A stretch of DNA of 64,000 nucleotides from Scyliorhinus canicula. Its lineage: Eukaryota. Shown one piece after another: positions 51,701 to 60,000 of this stretch. Position numbers and translations under genes: made by a program. The DNA lies in the NCBI RefSeq assembly GCF_902713615.1, contig NC_052147.1, forward strand, positions 202,089,140-202,153,139, written 5' to 3'. The notes under the pieces are model-generated. The model was not told the DNA's origin and ran no database searches. It saw nothing but the letters and a program-made list of their open reading frames with translations. Position 1 is the stretch's first letter. The number at the start of each line of letters is the position of its first letter.

Positions 51701-53973
51701 CCACTGTGAACTTAGCGCCATGGGTTGTATGGGTGCCCCCCAGGCCACCCCTCCCAGATACCCTCTGGCCCCAGCCGACCCATCAATGGGATGGGTGCGC
51801 TCCAGTGCCATCTTGTTGTTTAGGATGAGTGTGTGTGAGGAATGTGAGGGCTCATACGCGGCTGCAGCTTGTCAGCCTCTCGAGTGCCAATCCCGGCCCC
51901 GGCGAATCTGACTCCATTTCCCATTAGAATCGATCGTGTTCCATGTGGTGCTGGTGCTAGCCCCTCAACGGTCGGTGAATTGGTCCAGGTGCGGAGGACA
52001 TGTGTAAACAGTGGAAGGCGAGTGCAGAATCCAGAACGTCACACCCACCTACCTCATCAAACATCACCTGCCAAACCTGTAGCAGAGTCTGCAGATCCAG
52101 GATTGGACTACTCAGCCACTGCAGAACCTACCTGCCCGGATTGGAAGCAAATCATCCTCAATACTGAGGGATTGCCTGAGAGAGAGAGACATATTTGGAA
52201 CTGCAGCTGAAAATGTGTTTTGATTTGGTTTCTGAATTTGAACATTTGCAGTTAATTATTTTAATTTGTATTACTTGGTTATTTCATTGATCTTGCAACC
52301 ATTTCTGTCTATGACATAACTGGATTGTATTTTCTCAAAATATATATCTTTTTGTACAGCTAGAAATACATTTTGCAGTTTTTACAGGATTCAACAGTTT
52401 GTAGAATTTGATCCACTTTTTTAAGATTGCATTAATGTTATTCTGTTAGGCGGTTTTGAACAATTATGATTTTAAAATTCACTTTTCTCAAATTTTCTGC
52501 TGTTATATTTGGTGCTTCTTTGAAAAGACGTGGCATAATAATTTTGGAGGGCTTGCGGTGTAATGGCAAGCACAGTACATATTGGGCTTGAATTTGAGCT
52601 TTTAATTCCATATGTAAACATTTTTTTTTATTAACAAACAGTTTTATTGAGGTCGTTTTCAGCATTGTAAACAGTTACAGACATCAACAAAAAGAAAGCA
52701 AATAAGGAAAAAATGTGCAAACATCCACGTACAATCAATACTTCAATCGTACCCTACTGCACAGGCCCGCTCCTCTCCCATCGGCACTACCCGCCAATTT
52801 ATCCCTCCTACTCTACTTAAACATTTTTTTTTATTGGCATTGTTAAGTGTGGAAACGGATGTTTAAGGTATTTCTACTTTACTCACAGAAATCTGTGCAT
52901 GTCGAATGAAAAATCAAGGCGAATTATGTTGTGGCAACCAGCAAGTTCAGAATAATGATACAAGTATAAATGAGGCATTACTGAGTGGTAAGTTTATTAA
53001 ACCAATATTGATTGGATATTAAAGCATCCAGTTTTAATAACTTCAATGTTTTGATGGCTAAAAGCAATACGAAAAGTATGATACGTACTGCAATACTTTT
53101 ATGCATACTAATCTAGAAATCCTTATCTCGTCAAACATTCTGGTATGGTATTTAAGAAGATATTGATAATTTGGCTAAAATGTTTAAAGTTTAAACAGGC
53201 TGCATTTCTTGTGGTGCAACTTGTATTTTTGAGTTAAACAATTGGATTTCTTAACTAGGCACTAATGAAATAATAATTTTAAGAGGAGAATCTTTGTTTG
53301 CTGCGAGTCTGATATTGTTTTACTTCCCTGAAGTTTACTTCCCTGCAAATGACAAAACTCAAAACAATAAAATGGTAGTTCCTGTATCTACAATACGTTA
53401 CTTATGATGTATTTTGCAGCAGAACAATGTACAGCCTTGTGCAAAACTGAAAACTGCATGTTGATCCAAGAAGAACAGCTTTTACAGAATACAGATCCAC
53501 AGTTAGCCAGACACGTGCTGCTGTGCTTGCTTCTCATTATAGGCTTGTTCGCTGTAAGTCTGACGTTTTATATTCAGTTCTTCCTTGACTTCAGTCAAAG
53601 AACAAAAAGTATAATTCATTTTTCCCCTGTAGTGTTTTCCTTTTATCTTGCTCACTTTCCCTCCCCTTCTTACCTGAAGATGATGGGGCGGGATTCTCTG
53701 AGCTCGCGCTGGGTTGGAGAGATGTTGGAGCTGCGGGTAATTCCCGCCACGTTGCTCTGAAGCCGGGCCGCCAATTCTCCGGCAACCGGAGAATCAGCAC
53801 CAATTGCGCCCACGTTGTCGCCGCGGCGCCGGTCGGGGGCAGCTGAAATAGGCCCCCGTGGCAATTCTCCGCGGGCGACGGGCCCAACCCCCGGCAAGTC
53901 CCACCAGTGTAGTTCGAACCTGGTACCACCTGACAGGAGTTTGGACCCGCGGCCGCTGTGGGCATCTTGGTGT

Positions 53974-54027
<54 letters not shown>

Positions 54028-57000
54028 CGAGGGGATCTGACTGGGGAGAGCCTCCACGGGGTCCTGGCCCGCAATCGGGGGCATCTGATCGGCGGGCGGC
54101 CTACCTCCTTCCACGCGGCCCGCTGTAAAGTCCCCAACATATTGCTCCGCGCCAATGCGGAGACGGCAACCACACGCATGCACGGGCCCGCGCCAGCCAT
54201 GCAGGGCCGCCTTTTGACGCCAGAGCAGCGCGCAGCTCTCCGGCACCCTGTGCTAGCCCCCTGAACAGTGGTGAATTGCTGGGCCAGGAGACCCGTTGAC
54301 GCTTGCGTACACACTCTGGTATATACGTCGGCGTCAACACTTGGCCGGGATTTTGGAGAATCCCGGCTGATGTTCTTAGTTGGTTCAACAATTCTATAAC
54401 GACTGTTCATCCTCCAGTAGTGCTTCCAAAGAGTCTCTAATTCATGTGAGCCTTGACAGTGAATTTCAGCAGACTGCTGGAGGAGGCAAATGAATAACCA
54501 AGAATGGAGCACCTGGCTATGTCTTTCTCCCTGTGCTGCTGCTTGTCACAGCTGAGCAATGGCAGTTGCCATTTTAGTTGATCTATGTATTACTGTGGTA
54601 AATGCCTGCCTAGAACATTATCTGTTTTATGTTAGTCATTTCACTGGGCTTGTACTTGCATCAATTGTATAAATAGCTTTTTGATTTGTCTCTGTTTTAT
54701 TTCATTTTTCAGAATGTGTCCAGTTGTTTGTGGTGGTTGGTTAATCATGAGCCAGGTCGCCTTTACGTTGAGCTGCAGTTCTTCTGTATAATCTTTAATT
54801 TTGGTCAGGTTTGTATTTCTGATATGCCAGCTTTATGTGACACTTGTGATATTTCAACAGTAAACATTATCTATTTAGTGATTAATATCAATTGAAATGT
54901 AATGGTAAATAATTAATCCAAATTTCTGTTTCCTTTCAGGGTTTTATTTCCTTTGTCATATTTGGACTTGATAAACATTTAATCATTCTTCCATGTAAAA
55001 AGAGGTAAATAATTTTATTTCATACATCTGCATAACACCCACTTCTGTCTCTTAAAATAAATGGCAGTGCAGCAGCTCCGGCAGTTTGCATTAGACCAGC
55101 AAGCTGAGGGTTTTGATTGACTATCAGTGCAACCTGCATATCTCAGTTACCCACGTACTGACAGTGTTCCTGATGGCAAACTTCAGAGAAAGAGAAGAGA
55201 GGGTCAGAGCTTGCCTGATAAGCCTTTTGCTGCGAAGGAGTTTAGCCAGTTTGTGATCACGTAATGTAATTAGTTGCAGTCATGATGTTCACAGTATATT
55301 CTTTTCCTGTCATTGTGACTGAAGATATGCCAACCTGGCTGACCAGTGGTAACAGTGAAAGATGTCAACGGGAAATTTTAAAATGTTTTTTTGTGATACT
55401 AGAGAATTTCCACATCAAAAAGCTTTAAAGTCCTGCAGCTGCCATTGATGTTCAGACTATCTACCTACCTAGCTGTATCTACCTACTTGGCTGTATCTAC
55501 CTACCCGGCTGTATCTACCTACCCGGCTGTATCTACCTACCCGGCTGTATCTACCTACCCGGCTGTATCTACCTACCTGGCTGTATCTACCTACTTGGCT
55601 GTATCTACCTACCTGGCTGTATCTACCTACTTGGCTGTATCTACCTACTTGGCTGTATCTACCTACCCGGCTGTATCTACCTACCTAGCTGTATCTACCT
55701 ACTTGGCTGTATCTACCTACTTGGCTGTATCTACCTACCTGGCTGTATCTACCTACTTGGCTGTATCTACCTACTTGGCTGTATCTACCTACCTGGCTGT
55801 ATCTACCTACCTAGCTGTATCTACCTACCTGGCTGTATCTACCTACCCGGCTGTATCTACCTACTTGGCTGTATCTACCTACCCGGCTGTATCTACCTAC
55901 CCGGCTGTATCTACCTACCCGGCTGTATCTGCCTACCCGGCTGTATCTGCCTACCCGGCTGTATCTCCCTACCCGGCTGTATCTACCTACCCGGCTGTAT
56001 CTACCTACCCGGCTGTATCTACCTACCCGGCTGTATCTACCTACCCGGCTGTATCTACCTACCCGGCTGTATCTACCTACCCGGCTGTATCTACCTACCC
56101 GGCTGTATCTACCTACCCGGCTGTATCTACCTACCCGGCTGTATCTACCTACCCGGCTGTATCTACCTACCCGGCTGTATCTACCTACCCGGCTGTATCT
56201 ACCTACCCGGCTGTATCTACCTACCCGGCTGTATCTACCTACCCGGCTGTATCTACCTACCCGGCTGTATCTACCTACCCGGCTGTATCTACCTACCCGG
56301 CTGTATCTACCTACCTGGCTGTATCTACCTACCCGGCTGTATCTACCTACCCGGCTGTATCTACCTACCCGGCTGTATCTACCTACCCGGCTGTATCTAC
56401 CTACCCGGCTGTATCTACCTGCCCGGCTGTATCTACCTGCCCGGCTGTATCTACCTGCCCGGCTGTATCTACCTGCCCGGCTGTATCTACCTGCCCGGCT
56501 GTATCTACCTGCCCGGCTGTATCTACCTGCCCGGCTGTATCTACCTACCCGGCTGTATCTACCTACCCGGCTGTATCTACCTACCCGGCTGTATCTACCT
56601 ACCCGGCTGTATCTACCTACCGGGCTGTATCTACCTACCGGGCTGTATCTGCCTACCGGCTGTATCTGCCTACCCGGCTGTATCTGCCTACCCGGCTGTA
56701 TCTGCCTACCCGGCTGTATCTGCCTACCCGGCTGTATCTGCCTACCCGGCTGTATCTGCCTACCCGGCTGTATCTGCCTACCCGGCTGTATCTGCCTACC
56801 CGGCTGTATCTCCCTACCCGGCTGTATCTCCCTACCCGGCTGTATCTCCCTACCCGGCTGTATCTCCCTACCCGGCTGTATCTCCCTACCCGGCTGTATC
56901 TCCCTACCCGGCTGTATCTCCCTACCCGGCTGTATCTCCCTACCCGGCTGTATCTCCCTACCCGGCTGTATCTCCCTACCCGGCTGTATCTCCCTACCCG

Positions 57001-60000
57001 GCTGTATCTCCCTACCCGGCTGTATCTCCCTACCCGGCTGTATCTCCCTACCCGGCTGTATCTACCTACCCGGCTGTATCTACCTACCCGGCTGTATCTA
57101 CCTACCCGGCTGTATCTACCTACCCGGCTGTATCTACCTACCCGGCTGTATCTACCTACCCGGCTGTATCTACCTACCCGGCTGTATCTACCTACCCGGC
57201 TGTATCTACCTACCCGGCTGTATCTACCTACCCGGCTGTATCTACCTACCCGGCTGTATCTACCTACCCGGCTGTATCTACCTACCCGGCTGTATCTACC
57301 TACCCGGCTGTATCTACCTACCCGGCTGTATCTACCTACCCGGCTGTATCTACCTACCCGGCTGTATCTACCTACCCGGCTGTATCTACCTACCCGGCTG
57401 TATCTACCTACCCGGCTGTATCTACCTACCCGGCTGTATCTACCTACCTGGCTGTATCTACCTACCTAGCTGTATCTACCTACATGTCTATATTTAAAAT
57501 GGGAAGTCCCTTTGTGACAGCAATTATGTTCTTCTGTCTGTGATAACACAGCAGTGCCCTCACTGGGAGAGGGTGTAATTACAGTGTGACAAGTTTATGA
57601 TTAAGATTCAAAAACAACTTCTTCCCCACTGTTAACAGACTCCTGAATGACCATCTTATGGACTGAACTGAACTCTCTTTACATCTTCACTATAGTTTTT
57701 CATTTTAGAAAACATTTTATTGAAGCATTCGAAACAACAGAGCGGTCCGACACACACAACAACATCACCAGAACGTACCCAACACCCCCCGACCTACCTC
57801 CTGACTGCCCGTATATTAGATTCCCTATACCTATTCTACAATGCCATGCCCCCCCGCCTTCCGCTGACGGTCAGTTTTCCTTAAAGAAGTCGATGAACGG
57901 CTGCCACCTCCGAGCGAACCCCTGAATTGAACCTCTTAAAGCAAACTTAATCTCCAGCCTGAGAAACCGTGTAATGTCATTGACCCACACCCCCGACTTT
58001 GGAGGCTCCGAGTCCCTCCATCCCAGCAACATCCTTCTCCAGGCCACCAGGGAGGCAAAGGCCAAAACATCGGCCTCTCTCCCCTCCTGGGCTCCCGGAT
58101 CCTCCGACACCCCAAATATTGTCATCTCTGGACTCGGAGTCACCCTCCTGACCAGAACCTCTAACATGACATCTGAGAATCCCTGCCAGAATCCCCTCAA
58201 CTTCGGACACACCCAAAACATGTGTACATGATTCGCCGGATTTCTCCCGCACCGCCCACATCTGTCCTCCACCTCCTCAAAAAACCTACTCATCCGGGCC
58301 ATAGTCATATGAGCCCTGTGGACCACCTTGAACTGGATCAGGCTGAGCGTGGCACACAACGAGGATGAATTGACTCCTCAAGCCCTTTTCCCATATTCCG
58401 ACTTCCAATTCCCCTTCCAAACTCTTACCCCCACTTCCTTTTCACCTCCCCAATTGGAACCCCTTCCCACTCCATCAATTCCTTATATATTTCCGAGACC
58501 CTCCCCTCCCCAACCCCTGTTTTAGACATCACCTTATCCTGTAATCCCCTTGGAAGGAGGCGAAGGATGCTTGGAATCTGCCATCGGACAAAGTCCCTTA
58601 CCTGTAGGTACCAAAATCCGTTCCCACCCAGCAACTCAAACTCCTCCTCTAATCTCTCCAGGCTCGGATAACCCTCTTCAATGAAGAGATCACCAAATCT
58701 CTCAATCCCTTCCCGCTGCCACCTCACAAAGCCCCCGTCCACCCCTCCCGGAACAAAACGGTGGTTGTCACAGATCGGTGACCTCACCGACGCCCCCTCC
58801 AGTCTCATGTGTTGCCTCCATTTCCCCTACACCCTCAGGGCTGCCACTACCACTGGGCTTGTGGAGTACTGAGCCGGCGAGAACGGCAGAGGTGCTGTTA
58901 ACAAAGCCTCCAAACTCGCACCCTTATAGGATGCCGCCTCCGCTAGCTCCCACACTGACCCCTCCCCAACTACCCATTTTCTAACCATCGATATATTCGC
59001 CGCCCAGTAATAATTAATAAAATTCAGAAGGGCCAAGCCCCCCATCCCGTGCCACCGTTCCAAAAGGACCTTCCTCACCCTCGAGGCCTTACAGGCCCAT
59101 ACGAAACCCGAGATCACCGCGTTCATCTTCCTGAAAAATGCCATAGGGATAAAAATTGGAAGACATTGAAACACAAACCGCAATCCCGGGAGGATTCTGA
59201 CCTTCACAGTCTGTACCCTCCCCGCCAATGACAGCGGGAACACGTCCCACCTGCGGAGGTCCCCTTGCATTTGCTCAACCGCCCGTCCCAAATTTAACTT
59301 ATGGAGCTGACCCCAGTCCCTTGCCACCTGAATCCCCAGGTACCTAAAACTCCTTCCCACCACTTTAAACGGTAACTCCCTCAGTCTCCTCTCCTGCCCC
59401 CGTGCCTGAATCGCCTCTTACCCATGTTTACTCCGTAGCCCGAGAACTGACCAAATTCCTCCAATATCTCCATGATTCCAGCCATCCACCCCAACGGGTC
59501 TGTTATGTAAAGGAGCATGTCGTCCGCGTAGAGTGAAACCCGATGCTCCAACCCCCCATCTATCTCACTTTGCCCCACCAGATATTCAATGACCTAAGCA
59601 CCATTGCCAAGGGCTCCATGGTCAAGGCAAACAGTAGTGGGGAGAATGGACACCCCTGTCTTGTCCCCCTACGCAAACTAAAATATTCTGACCGGACCCA
59701 GTTGGTCCTTACATTCGCCAGAGGTGCCTGATATAACAGCTGGACCCAGTCAACGAATCCCTGCCCAAACCCAAACCTTCCCAGGATATCCCACAGGTGC
59801 TTCCACTCGACCTGATCAAAGGCCTTTTCTGCATCCATGGCTACCACCACCTCGACCTCGCGCCCTTCCGCTGGCATCATTATCGCATTTAAGAGCCGTC
59901 TAATGTTGGACGTCAGGTGACGTCCCTTCGCAAACCCCATCTGGCCCTCCCCTATCACCTCCGGGACACAGTCCTCTCTGTGCATGGCCAAGATCTTTGC

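Noticed and set aside
53670-54512. 280-aa poly-proline ORF and other GC-rich ORFs (for example 9684, 15403, 39980)
   Set aside because: They arise from stop-poor GC-rich MITEs and homopolymer runs, are open in several frames, and show no recognisable domain.
55280-55325. Possible C/D box snoRNA (atgatgt ... ctga)
   Set aside because: The C box is imperfect, the span is only about 40 nt, and there is no terminal stem.
55445-57469. 674-aa ORF of AVSTYP / RLYLPT repeats as a repetitive protein or extra exon
   Set aside because: It is the translation of a stop-free 18-bp minisatellite. The peptide changes at a 1-bp deletion, the start is not ATG, and the flanking GPR155 exons join in phase without it.
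55458-57483. CRISPR-like array
   Set aside because: No unique spacers, no cas genes, and vertebrate intronic context.
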